Below, piece after piece: positions 44,415 through 58,814 of a stretch of DNA of 64,000 nucleotides. The DNA comes from Eledone cirrhosa (lineage: Eukaryota): contig OZ024741.1 of the NCBI GenBank assembly GCA_964016885.1, positions 128,340,001 through 128,404,000 of the forward strand, written 5' to 3'. The notes beneath the pieces are model-generated. The model ran no database searches, was not told the DNA's origin, and worked only from the letters and a program-made list of their open reading frames with translations. The translations under genes and the position numbers were made by a program. The number at the start of each line of letters is the position of its first letter. Position 1 is the stretch's first letter.

Positions 44415-47400
44415 GTGTATAGAAATGTAGATGGTTCTATTGCCCTTTCATCCTTTTCCTTACCCCTCCACACACCTCCAAACCACTTCAGCCTCACCCT
44501 CTTGTCTGGTCTGACATTTCTACAAATTGACATAACCTCTCCACTTAAAATCTCTTCTATCATCCTCCACATCACCACCATCACAACCACCACCACCATC
44601 ACAACCACCACCACCATCACAACCACCACCACCATCACAACCACCACCTCCATCACAACCACCACCACCATTACAACCACCACCACCATCACAACCACCA
44701 CCACCATCACAACCACCACCACAATCACAACCACCACCACCATCACAACCACCACCACCTTCACAACCACCACCACCTTCACAACCACCACCACCATCAC
44801 AACCACCACCACCTTCACAACCACCACCACCATCACAACCACCACCACCATCACAACCACCACCACCATCACAACCACCACCACCATTACAACCACCACC
44901 ACCATCACAACCACTACCACCATTACAACCACCACCACCACCATCACAAACACCACCACCATCACAACCACTACCACCATCACAACCACCACCACCATCA
45001 CAACCACCACCACCATCACAACCACCACCACCATCACAACCACCACCACCATCACAACCACTACCACCATTACAACCACTACCACCATCACAACCACCAC
45101 CACCATCACAACCACCACCACCATCACAACCACCACCACCATCACAACCACCACCACCATTACAACCACCACCACCATCACAACCACCACCACCATCACA
45201 ACCACCACCACCATCACAACCACCACCACCATCACAACCACCACCTCCATCACAACCACCACCACCATTACAACCACCACCATCATCACAACCACTACCA
45301 CCATCACAACCACCACCACCATCACAACCACCACCACCATCACAACCACCACCACCATCACAACCACCACCTCCATCACAACCACCACCACCATTACAAC
45401 CACCACCACCATCACAACCACCACCACCATCACAACCACCACCACCATCACAACCACCACCTCCATCACAACCACCACCACCATTACAACCACCACCATC
45501 ATCACAACCACTACCACCATCACAACCACCACCACCATCATAACCACCACCACCATCACAACCACCACCATCACAACCACCACCACCATCACAACCACCA
45601 CCACCATCACAACCACCACCACCATCATAACCACCACCACCATCACACCCACCACCACCATAACAACCACCATCACCATCATAACCACCACCACCATCAC
45701 ACCCACCACCACCATAACAACCACCACCTCCATCACAACCACCACCACCATCATAACCATCACCACCATCACAACCACCACCACCATCACAACCACCACC
45801 ACCATCACAACCACCACCACCATCACAACCACTACCACCATCACAACCACCACCATCATCACAACCACTACCACCATCACAACCACCACCACCATCACAA
45901 CCACCACCACCATCACAACCACCACCACCATCACAACCACCACCTCCATCACAACCACCACCACCATTACAACCACCACCACCATCACAACCACCACCAC
46001 CATCACAACCACCACCACCATCACAACCACCACCTCCATCACAACCACCACCACCATTACAACCACCACCATCATCACAACCACTACCACCATCACAACC
46101 ACCACCACCATCATAACCACCACCACCATCACAACCACCACCATCACAACCACCACCACCATCACAACCACCACCACCATCACAACCACCACCACCATCA
46201 TAACCACCACCACCATCACACCCACCACCACCATAACAACCACCATCACCATCATAACCACCACCACCATCACAACCACCACCACCATAACAACCACCAC
46301 CTCCATCACAACCACCACCACCATCATAACCATCACCACCATCACAACCACCACCACCATCACAACCACCACCACCATCACAACCACCACCACCATCACA
46401 ACCACTACCACCATCACAACCACCACCACCATCATAACCACCACCACCATCACAACCACCACCACCATCACAACCACCACCACCATCACAACCACCACCA
46501 CCATCACAACCACCACCACCATCACAACCGCCACCACCATAACAACCACCACCACCATCACAACCACCACCACCATCACAACCACCACCACCATCACAAC
46601 CACCACCACCATCACAACCACTACCACCATCACAACCACCACCACCATCATAACCACCACCACCATCACAACCACCACCACCATCACAACCACCACCATC
46701 ATAACAACCACCACCATCATCACAACCACCACCACCATCACAACCACCACAACCATCACAACCACCACCACCTTCACAACCACCACCACCATAACAACCA
46801 CCATCACCATCACAACCACCACCACCATCACAACCACTACCACCATCACAACCACCACCACCATCATAACCACCACCATCACAACCACCACCACCATCAC
46901 AACCACCACCACCATAACAACCACCACCACCATCACAACCACCACCACCATCATAACCACCACCACCATCACAACCACCACCACCATCACAACTACCACC
47001 ACCATTACAACTACCACCATCATCACAACCACCACCTCCATCACAACCACCACCACCATCATAACCACCATCTCCATCACAACCACCACCACCATCACAA
47101 CCACCACCACCATAACAACCACCACCACCATCACAACCACCACCACCATCACAACCACCACCACCATCACAACCACCACCACCATCACAACCACCACCAC
47201 CATCACAACCACCACCACCATAACAACCACCACCACCATCACAACCACCACCACCATCATAACCACCACCACCATCACAACCACCACCACCATAACAACC
47301 ACCATCACCATCATAACCACCACCACCATCACAACCACCACCACCATAACAACCACCACCATAACAACCACCACCACCATCACAACCACCATCACCATCA

Positions 47401-50066
47401 TAACCACCACCACCATCACAACCACCACCACCTTCACAACCACCACCTCCATCACAACCACCACAACCATCACAACCACCACCACCATCACATCCACAAC
47501 CAGCATCACAACCACCACCACCATAACAACCACCACCTCCATCACAACCACCACCACCATCACAACCACCACCACCATAACAACCACCACCATCACAACC
47601 ACCACCACCATCATAACCACCACCACCATCATAACCACCACCACCATCACAACCACCACCACCATCACAACCACCACCATAACAACCACCACCACCATCA
47701 CAACCACCACCACCATCATAACCACCACCACCATCACAACCACCACCACCATAACAACCACCACCACCATCACAACCACCACCACCATAACAACCACCAT
47801 CACCATCATAACCACCACCACCATCACAACCACCACCACCATAACAACCACCACCATAACAACCACCACCACCATCACAACCACCACCACCATCATAACC
47901 ACCACCACCATCACAACCACCACCACCATAACAACCACCACCACCATCACAACCACCACCACCATCACAACCACCACCACCATAACAACCACCACCATAA
48001 CAACCACCACCACCATAATAACCACCACCATAACAACCACCACCACCATCACAACCACCACCACCATCATAACCACCACCACCATCACAACCACCACCAC
48101 CATAACAACCACCACCACCATAATAACCACCACCATAACAACCACCACCACCATAACAACCACCACCACCATAACAACCACCACCACCATAACAACCACC
48201 ACCATAACAACCACCACCACCATCACAACCACCACCACCATAACAACCACCACCACCATAACCACCACCACCATCACAACCACCACCACCATAACAACCA
48301 CCACCATCACAACCACCACCACCATCACAACCACCACCACCATAACAACCACCACCACCATAACCACCACCACCATCACAACCACCACCACCATAACCAC
48401 CACCACCATCACAACCACCACCACCATCACAACCACCACCACCATCACAACCACCACCACCATAACAACCACCACCACCATAACAACCACCACCACCATC
48501 ATAACCACCACCACCATCACAACCACCACCACCATAACAACCACCACCACCATCATAACCACCACCACCATCACAACCACCACCACCATAACAACCACCA
48601 CCATCACAACCACCACCACCATCACAACCACCACCACCATCACAACCACCACCACCATCACAACCACCACCACCATCACAACCACCACCACCATCATAAC
48701 CACCACCACCATCACAACCACCACCACCATAACAACCACCACCATCACAACCACCACCACCATAACAACCACCACCACCATCACAACCACCACCACCATA
48801 ACAACCACCACCATCACAACCACCACCACCATAACAACCACCACCACCATCACAACCACCACCACCATAACAACCACCACCACCATCACAACCACCACCA
48901 CCATAACAACCACCACCACCATCACAACCACCACCACCATAACAACCACCACCACCATCACAACCACCACCACCATAACAACCACCACCATCACAACCGC
49001 CACCACCATAACAACCACCACCATCACAACCACCACCACCATCACAACCACCACCACCATAACAACCACCACCACCATCACAACCACCACCACCATAACA
49101 ACCACCACCATCACAACCACCACCACCATAACAACCACCACCATCACAACCACCACCACCATCACAACCACCACCACCATCACAACCACCACCACCATCA
49201 CAACCACCACCACCATCACAACCACCACCACCATCATAACCACCACCACCATCACAACCACCACCACCATAACAACCACCACCATCACAACCACTACCAC
49301 CATCATAACCACCACCACCATCACAACCACCATCACCATCATAACCACCACCACCATCACAACCACCACCACCATAACAACCACCACCATCACAACCACC
49401 ACCACCATAACAACCACCACCACCATCACAACCACCACCACCATAACAACCACCACCACCATCACAACCACCACCACCATAACAACCACCACCATCACAA
49501 CCGCCACCACCATAACAACCACCACCATCACAACCACCACCACCATAACAACCACCACCACCATCACAACCACCACCACCATAACAACCACCACCACCAT
49601 CACAACCACCACCACCATAACAACCACCACCACCATCACAACCACCACCACCATAACAACCACCACCACCATCACAACCACCACCACCATAACAACCACC
49701 ACCACCATCACAACCACCACCACCATAACAACCACCACCACCATCACAACCACCACCACCATAACAACCACCACCACCATCACAACCACCACCACCATAA
49801 CAACCACCACCACCATCACAACCACCACCACCATAACAACCACCACCATCACAACCGCCACCATCACTATCTTCATTATTATAATCATCATCACCATTAT
49901 CATCCCCATAATAACAACCACCATCACCACCAGCGCCATGAGCTCCATCATCGTCATCGTCATCGCCGCCACCATCTCCATCCTCCCCCTACTCTACCTC
50001 CTCCTCCTCATCATCATCATCACCATCATCACCATCAGCACCATCATCACCATCATCACTATCAAT

Positions 50067-50097
<31 letters not shown>

Positions 50098-53000
50098 CTA
50101 CCGTCAACACCTTACTGTTATCATCATCATTACCGCTACTATCAACACCATCATCATCATCTACATCATCTTTATTGCCTCCACCATCATCAGTACCATC
50201 ACGACTCACCATACCTGATGATATCACACCTGACATCACCACACCTGTTGATATCACATCTGATGATATCACATCTGACGTCTCCATACCTGCTGATACC
50301 ACACCTGTTGATATCACACCTGATGACACCACATCTGTCATTATCACATCTGATGTTACCACACCTGATGATATCACACCTGACATCACCACATCTGTTG
50401 ATATCACATCTGATGATATCACATCTGACGTCGCCACACCTGATGATATCACACCTGTTGATATCACACCTGATGCGATCACATCTGTTATTATCACATC
50501 TGATGACACCACGCCTGATGATATCACATCTGACGTCTCCACACCTGGTGATATCACACCTGATGCCACCACATCTGTCATTATCACATCTGATGTCACC
50601 ACACCTGATGATATCACATCTGACGTCACCACACCTGGTGATATCACACCTGATGCCACCACATCTGTCATTATCACATCTGATGTCACTACACCTGATG
50701 ATATCACATCTGACGTCACCACACTTGGTGATATCACACCTGATACCACCACATCTGTCATTATCACATCTGATGTCACCACAGCTGATGATATCACATC
50801 TAACGTCACCACACCTGGTGATATCACATCTGATGCCACCACATCTGTCATTATCACATCTGATGTCACCACGCCTGATGATATCACATCTGACGTCACC
50901 ACACCTGGTGATATCACACCTGATGCCACCACATCTGTCATTATCACATCTGATGTCACCACACCTGATGATATCACATCTGACGTCACCACACCTGGTG
51001 ATATCACACCTGATGCCACCACATCTGTCATTATCACATCTGATGTCACCACACCTGATGATATCACATCTGACGTCACCACACTTGGTGATATCACACC
51101 TGATGCCACCACATCTGTCATTATCACATCTGATGTCACCACAGCTGATGATATCACATCTGACGTCACCACACCTGGTGATATCACACCTGATGCCACC
51201 ACATCTGTCATTATCACATCTGATGTCACCACACCTGATGATATCACATCTGACGTCACCACACCTGGTGATATCACACCTGATGCCACCACATCTGTCA
51301 TTATCACATCTGATGTCACTACACCTGATGATATCACATCTGACGTCACCACACTTGGTGATATCACACCTGATGCCACCACATCTGTCATTATCACATC
51401 TGATGTCACCACAGCTGATGATATCACATCTGACGTCACCACACCTGGTGATATCACACCTGATGCCACCACATCTGTCATTATCACATCTGATGTCACC
51501 ACACCTGATGATATCACATCTGACGTCACCACACTTGCTGATATCACACCTGATGCCACCACATCTGTCATTATCACATCTGATGTCACCACACCTGATG
51601 ATATCACATCTGACGTCACCACACTTGCTGATATCACACCTGATGCCACCACATCTGTGATTATCATATCTGATGTCACCACGCCTGATGATATCACATC
51701 TGACGTCACCACACCTGGTGATATCACACCTGATGCCACCACATCTGTCATTATCACATCTGATGTCACCACACCTGATGATATCACATCTGACGTCACT
51801 ACACTTGGTGATATCACACCTGATGCCGCCACATCTGTCATTATCACATCTGATGTCACGACACCTGATGATATCACATCTGACGTCACCACACCTGGTG
51901 ATATCACACCTGATGCCACCACATATGTCATTATCACATCTGATGTCACCACACCTGATGATATCACATCTGACGTCACTACACTTGGTGATATCACACC
52001 TGATGCCGCCACATCTGTCATTATCACATCTGATGTCACGACACCTGATGATATCACATCTGACGTCACCACACCTGGTGATATCACACGTGATGCCACC
52101 ACATCTGTCATTATCACATCTGATGTCACCACGCCTGATGATATCACATCTGACGTCACCACACCTGGTGATATCACACCTGATGCCACCACATCTGTCA
52201 TTACCACATATGATGTCACCACACCTGATGATATCACATCTGACGTCACCACACCTGGTGATATCACACCTGATGCCACCACATTTGTCATTATCACATC
52301 TGATGTCACCACACATGATGATATCACATCTGACGTCGCCACACCTGGTGATATCACACCTGATGCCACCACATATGTCATTATCACATCTGATGTCACC
52401 ACACCTGATGATATCACATCTGACGTCACTACACTTGGTGATATCACACCTGATGCCGCCACATTTTTCATTATCACATCTGATGTCACCACACATGATG
52501 ATATCACATCTGACGTCACCACACCTGGTGATATCACACCTGATGCCACCACATATGTCATTATCACATCTGATGTCACCACACCTGATGATATCACATC
52601 TGACGTCACTACACTTGGTGATATCACACCTGATGCCGCCACATCTGTCATTATCACATCTGATGTCACGACACCTGATGATATCACATCTGACGTCACC
52701 ACACCTGGTGATATCACACGTGATGCCACCACATCTGTCATTATCACATCTGATGTCACCACGCCTGATGATATCACATCTGACGTCACCACACCTGGTG
52801 ATATCACACCTGATGCCACCACATCTGTCATTACCACATATGATGTCACCACACCTGATGATATCACATCTGACGTCACCACACCTGGTGATATCACACC
52901 TGATGCCACCACATTTGTCATTATCACATCTGATGTCACCACACATGATGATATCACATCTGACGTCACCACACCTGGTGATATCACACCTGATGCCACC

Positions 53001-53801
53001 ACATCTGTCATTATCACATCTGATGTCACCACACCTGATGATATCACATCTGACGTCACCACACCTGGTGATATCACACCTGATTCCACCACATCTGTCA
53101 TTATCACATCTGATGTCACCACACCTGATGATATCACATCTGACGTCACCACACCTGGTGATATCACACCTGATTCCACCACATCTGTCATTATCACATC
53201 TGATGTCACCACACCTGATGATATCACATCTGACGTCACCTCACCTGGTGATATCACACCTGATGCCACCACATCTGTCATTATCACATCTGATGTCACC
53301 ACACCTGATGATATCACATCTGACGTCACCACACCTGGTGATATCACACCTGATGCCACCACATCTGTCATTATCACATCTGATGTCACCACACCTGATG
53401 ATATCACATCTGACGTCACCACACCTGGTGATATCACACCTGATGCCACCACATCTGTCATTATCACATCTGATGTCACCACACCTGATGATATCACATC
53501 TGACGTCACCACACCTGGTGATATCACACCTGATGCCACCACATCTGTCATTATCACATCTGATGTCACCACACCTGATGATATCACATCTGACGTCACC
53601 ACACCTGGTGATATCACATCTGATGTCACCACACCTGTTGATATCACATCTGATGTCACCACACCTGTTTACATGATGTCAGAATTCCTATTTATATCAC
53701 GAAATATGCCAGCCTTCATGTTTGATACCATATGTTATGTCACTGCTTTTGTCGATATCATACATTGCTTCTCTGCATCCCTCTGCGTCCCTCTGACTTA
53801 G
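44415..53801 (+). CDS. Stop-free 9.4-kb frame, mucin-like Thr/Asp-rich (doubtful as a gene)
   Basis: Frame stays open across two arrays and their junction; GTG start, no recognisable domain. Confidence 0.15.
44570..49862. repeat. 18-bp minisatellite (accaccaccaccatcaca)n, ~5.3 kb
   Basis: Direct reading; 15-, 18- and 21-bp variants. Confidence 0.97.
50205..53668. repeat. 90-bp tandem repeat built from three related 30-bp subunits, ~38 units
   Basis: Unit atatcacatctgacgtcaccacacctggtg-atatcacacctgatgccaccacatctgtca-ttatcacatctgatgtcaccacacctgatg, in register with no indels. Confidence 0.97.
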
Positions 53802-54041
53802 CTCCGATCCAGAAGAACTTTCTTGAAAAACGTTTGGCCAAACCACCTCGTGTATTTTTTTGTATTTTTCAGACACGACATATTTATAACTGCATTAGCT
53901 AATGTCCTTCTGTTTTTAAAGACAGGCGGGTGTGATTTAAAGATTTGGCTACTATTTCTACCAGATCGAGTGACCTCACGGAAGGCTTCTCCATTTGCTT
54001 GTTTAGTATGTTAAATTGAAGTCGGTCTTCATCCAGGAGAC

Positions 54042-54065
54042 CTTCTTCTTCTTCTTCTTCTTCTT

Positions 54066-54096
<31 letters not shown>

Positions 54097-54111
54097 AAGA
54101 CTGCTGTGTGT

Positions 54112-54171
<60 letters not shown>

Positions 54172-54172
54172 G
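54042..54172. repeat. (CTT)n and (TG)n microsatellites
   Basis: Direct reading. Confidence 0.95.
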
Positions 54173-54464
54173 TTTCCAAAAGAAATAACCACTAGATTAA
54201 CCTACGAACCACACACAGCAGTCTTTAAAAAAGAAAAGAAAACTCGTTGGATAAATATATTATGTCTTAAAAGAGCAACAAAAAAGAGAAATACAGGATG
54301 GTCACGGATGGAGAGCCATTGATCAGTGATCATAAGACTTTGACCAGAGCTGAGCTTAAGCGTTAAACAACAATATTTAATTCGTAAAAGGAATCTTCGT
54401 TTTGTTTCATATAATGTTTCATTGGGAAGTGAGTAAGGAGAGATGGCGGTCGACTTGGCGACGT

Positions 54465-55152
54465 CGGTGGTGTTGGTGGTGGTGGAGGTGGTGGTGGTGG
54501 TGGTGGTGGTGGTGGTGATGGTGGTGGTGGTGGTGGTGGTGGTGGTGGTGGTGGTGGTGGTGGTGATGGTGGTGATGATGGTGGTGGTGGAGGTGGTGGT
54601 GGTGGAGGTGGTGGTGGTGGTGGTGGTGATGGTGGTTGATTGTATTGGTGGTGGTGGTGGTGGTGATGATGGTGGTTGATTGTGGTGGTGGTGGTTGATT
54701 GTATTGGTGGTGGTGGTGGTGATTGATTGTAGTGGTGGTTGTGGAGGTGGTGGTGGCGGTGGTGGTGGCGGTGGCGGTGGTGGTGATGTTGGTGGTGATG
54801 GTGGTTGATTGTAGTGGCGGTTGTGGAGGTGGTGATGGCGGTGGTGGTGGTGGTGCTGGTGGTGGTGGTGATGGTGGTTGATTGTAGTGGTGGTTGTGGA
54901 GGTGGTGATAGTGGTCGTGGTGGTGGTGGTGGAAGTGGTCGTGATGGTGGTGATTGATTGTAGTGGTGGTAGTGGTTATGATGGTGGTGGTTGATTGCAG
55001 TGGTGGTGATGGTGGTGGTAGTGGTTATGGTGGTAGTGGTTGATTGCAGTGGTGGTGATGGTGGTGGTGGTGGAGTTGGTTGATGTAGTAGTAGTGATAG
55101 CGGTGGTGGTAGTGGAGATTGTGGTGATGGTTGAATGTAGTAGTGGTGGTGG
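54465..55152. repeat. (GGT)n-derived low-complexity repeat with recurrent ggttgattgtagt marker
   Basis: Direct reading. Confidence 0.92.
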
Positions 55153-55440
55153 GGGGAGGGGGAGTCTGAGGCGTCGTAGGTGGCGGCACTTGCTACGGAG
55201 GTGGGGGCGGGTTGTCTAAGCCGTCATGCTAATCCAGTTGCTACGCTTGGTAAGCTTTTGACATCAATACCGGATACGTCTTACAATATTGTTGGCATGT
55301 TGGTGTTGCTGTTGTTGTTGTGGTAGTGGTGGTGCGTGTTGTTATTTGTCATTTTATTTCAAATAAGGAAAGAAAAACGTCACGACTAGCAACCATTTAA
55401 ACAAACCAGAATCATACATATATTAATATTATATATCTCA

Positions 55441-55542
55441 CCGAGGTTAACTTTGCCTTTCATCCTTACGGGGTCGATAAAATAAAGTACCAGTAATACA
55501 CTGAGTTAATTGGTGGCCTTGTGCCAAAAGTAGAAACAATTA
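55441..55542 (+). mobile_element. SINE S1, 3' half
   Basis: ccgaggttaactttgcctttcatccttacggggtcgataaaataaagtaccag...gtgccaaaagtagaaacaatt. Confidence 0.88.
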
Positions 55543-55581
55543 TATATATATAGTTATGTAATAAACAACATATGGTAATTA

Positions 55582-55642
55582 TTTCATTTACCACTGGTTT
55601 CTTGAAAGCAAACAAATTTTGCTTTCAATCATCAGAATGAAA
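55582..55642 (-). ncRNA. Type I hammerhead ribozyme, apparently intact (family E)
   Basis: Minus strand: tttcatt-CTGATGA-ttgaaagcaaa(atttg)tttgctttcaa-GAAA-cc(agt)gg-TA-aatgaaa; 7-bp stem I, 11-bp stem II, GUA cleavage triplet. Confidence 0.88.
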
Positions 55643-55669
55643 AAATCCTGGTGTATTTATTGACATTGG

Positions 55670-55743
<74 letters not shown>

Positions 55744-55784
55744 GGGGGGGTTGTATGTTATATATATATAATGATGATAATAAT

Positions 55785-56627
<843 letters not shown>

Positions 56628-56653
56628 ATGTAATAAACAACATAAGGCAATTA

Positions 56654-56713
56654 TTCCATTTACCAGTGGTTTCTTAAAAGCAAAAGGTTTTGCTTTCAAT
56701 CCTCAGAACGAAA
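56654..56713 (-). ncRNA. Type I hammerhead ribozyme (family E, left arm)
   Basis: Reverse complement of 56738-56797. Confidence 0.82.
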
Positions 56714-56737
56714 AAATCCTGGTTTGTTTCCTGGTTT

Positions 56738-56797
56738 TTTCGTTCTGAGGATTGAAAGCAAAACCTTTTGCTTTTAAGAAACCACTGGTAAATGGAA
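56738..56797 (+). ncRNA. Type I hammerhead ribozyme (family E, right arm)
   Basis: tttcgtt-CTGAGGA-ttgaaagcaaaa(cc)ttttgcttttaa-GAAA-cc(act)gg-TA-aatggaa. Confidence 0.82.
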
Positions 56798-56893
56798 TAA
56801 TTGCCTTATGTTGTTTATTACATAATAATAATTAAGCTCTGTTGCTTACATAGAGCACTCTTTTTTCCTGGACTTTTCCGACGGAATCACTTC

Positions 56894-56938
<45 letters not shown>

Positions 56939-56940
<2 letters not shown>

Positions 56941-57494
56941 AGAAAATAGAATAGCTTTCACCGTATTTTTGACTAAAGGAATTTTAGCCTGATAATGGGG
57001 TTTAGAACCCTCAGATAAATGGAAAAAATGAGTATTGACGTACATGGGAGTCGAACCCACATCTTTGGTTATCGCGACCACCATTACACCAACACATCAC
57101 CCATCTCTTTCCATTCAAATTAGAAGCTACATTCTTAGCGAGTTTAAATGGCAAGTAAGTATGTTTTGAAACAGTGAGCAGGTTTGAAATTAGAAAATAG
57201 AATAGCTTTCACCGTATTTTTGACTAAAGGAATTTTAGCCTGATAATGGGGTTTAGAACCCTCAGATAAATGGAAAAAGAGATGGGTGATGTGTTGGTGT
57301 AATGGTAGCACAGTGGTCGCGATAACCAAAGATGTGGGTTCGACTCCCATGTACGTCAATACTCATCTTTTCCCATTTATCTGAGGGTTCTAAACCCCAT
57401 TATCAGGCTAAAATTCCTTTAGTCAAAAATACGGTGAAAGCTATTCTATTTTCTAATTTCAAACCTACTCACTGTTTCTAAACATACTTACTTG
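56939..57494. mobile_element. Fold-back element with central tRNA-like sequence, plus an inverted partial duplicate
   Basis: Inverted repeat 57152-57494; 56939-57115 is the reverse complement of its right half. Confidence 0.8.
57288..57358 (+). pseudogene. tRNA-like cloverleaf (pseudo-tRNA or SINE head); deleted copy on the minus strand at 57036-57098
   Basis: gatgtgt/gtacgtc acceptor stem (three G-U), A box TGGTGTAATGG, tggt/acca stem with a non-canonical loop, T arm gtggg-TTCGACT-cccat. Confidence 0.65.
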
Positions 57495-57500
57495 ACTTAT

Positions 57501-58373
57501 ATATTTATTAAAATAACAGATTAAAGTTTAAGCAAAGAAACGCTGCTTTCACCCTTAGCGGGATCTTCTGAAACTAAAAATATCAATCTGTGAACGCAGA
57601 AGTAAATATTTGAAAAACGTTGCAACCGAAGGAAGACAGGAAGACGATATTTTGGCTCGTGGAGCCGTTCCCTTCACAAAACATACAGGTAATATATACT
57701 TACCTATACAAATAAGTAATGGTATAAACATAACATATACTTAGCTACCACATCAAGACGTAAAATATCAGCGTATAGTTCGTACTATCCGTTAGTGTAT
57801 AATGTGGGGCTGTAATACAGGAAAGTTTTGTGCAATTTATGTTTACAAGCCGAAATTGCCTCAGATTTTTTGTTTAAGATGTGGTCTTTGGCGTAGAGTA
57901 TATCCTCAGCGGCGCAGAGGTCCCATGGTCTTTTATTTCCGTTATACGATCTAGCCCTAGCTAGGATCTCCCAGTGTAACTTATATCGGGTGTGGTTGTC
58001 TTTTAGACTCCAGATATTTCGGCTTGTAAACATAAATTGCACAAAACTTTCCTGTATTACAGCCCCACATTATACCCTAACGGATAGTACGAACTATACG
58101 CGGATATTTTACATCTTGATGTGGTAACTAAGTATATGTTATGTTTATACCATTACTTATTTGTATAGGTAAGTATATATTACATGTATGTTTTGTGAAG
58201 GGAACGTCTCCACGAGCCAAAGTATCGTCTTCCTGTCTTCCTTCGGTTGCAACGTTTTTCGAAATATTTACTTCTGCGTTCACAGATTGGTTTTTTTTAG
58301 TTTCAGAAGATCCCGTTAAGGGTGAAAGCAGCGTTTCTTTACTTAAACTTTAATCTGTTATTTTAATAAATAT
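57501..58373. mobile_element. 5'-truncated Penelope-like retroelement with inverted terminal repeats
   Basis: Arms 57501-57856 / 58016-58373 enclose a GIY-YIG C-terminal fragment; hammerhead-like cagaaga-tccc(gttaa)gggt-gaaa and AATAAA near each arm end. Confidence 0.85.
57785..58016 (-). pseudogene. PLE GIY-YIG endonuclease C-terminal remnant
   Basis: IWSLKDNHTRYKLHWEILARARSYNGNKRPWDLCAAEDILYAKDHILNKKSEAISACKH matches the PLE pattern IW.LK...Y...W.I...A..Y....K.C.LC..E......LNK.SE..S.C.H. Confidence 0.82.
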
Positions 58374-58482
58374 TTGCTCTACGGTTCTTATATATTTGAT
58401 ATATATTTATCCTTATCGAGCCCTCTTTGGATTTTAGTCTTCAAATTTATTATTATTACTATATACATATATATATATATCC

Positions 58483-58740
58483 AGGGAGTGTAACTTGGAG
58501 TTACTGTAGGTTCACCCGGGTGAGCACTCGGTGTTTAGGTTCACTTCAGTGTCGAGGTGTAGAGCTAGACAGAGTGTATTATAGTAAAATAAGATAACAA
58601 GGACGATTGGTTACTCCTTCATTACGTTTATTGGTTGGTGACGCGCGTTTCGCCACTGATCAGCTCAAGGTTCGGTCTGTATCGATCTGACCCGACTCTG
58701 TAATCCGCGGCTCGTCAGACCCCTTGTAATGTGAATGGAA
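58483..58740 (-). mobile_element. Family F terminal-repeat copy
   Basis: Diverged reverse complement of 56225-56478. Confidence 0.75.
58637..58721 (-). ncRNA. Type I hammerhead ribozyme with a long stem II insertion (family F)
   Basis: Minus strand: ggt-CTGACGA-gccgc(~50 nt)gtggc-GAAA-cgcgcg-TC-acc, then AATAAA. Confidence 0.78.
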
Positions 58741-58775
58741 AAATTAATACATGCTGTATGATAAAGTCAGAAGTT

Positions 58776-58814
<39 letters not shown>

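Noticed and set aside
44402-49981. 1859-aa poly-Val/Met ORF
   Set aside because: Antisense reading of the 18-bp array; implausible composition
50199-52946. Cys-rich CDIIRCGD repeat protein on the minus strand
   Set aside because: One of four open frames of the same 90-bp repeat; nothing favours it
57288-57358. Functional tRNA gene
   Set aside because: Anticodon loop lacks U33 and a purine at 37, the acceptor stem has several G-U pairs, and it is embedded in a repeat
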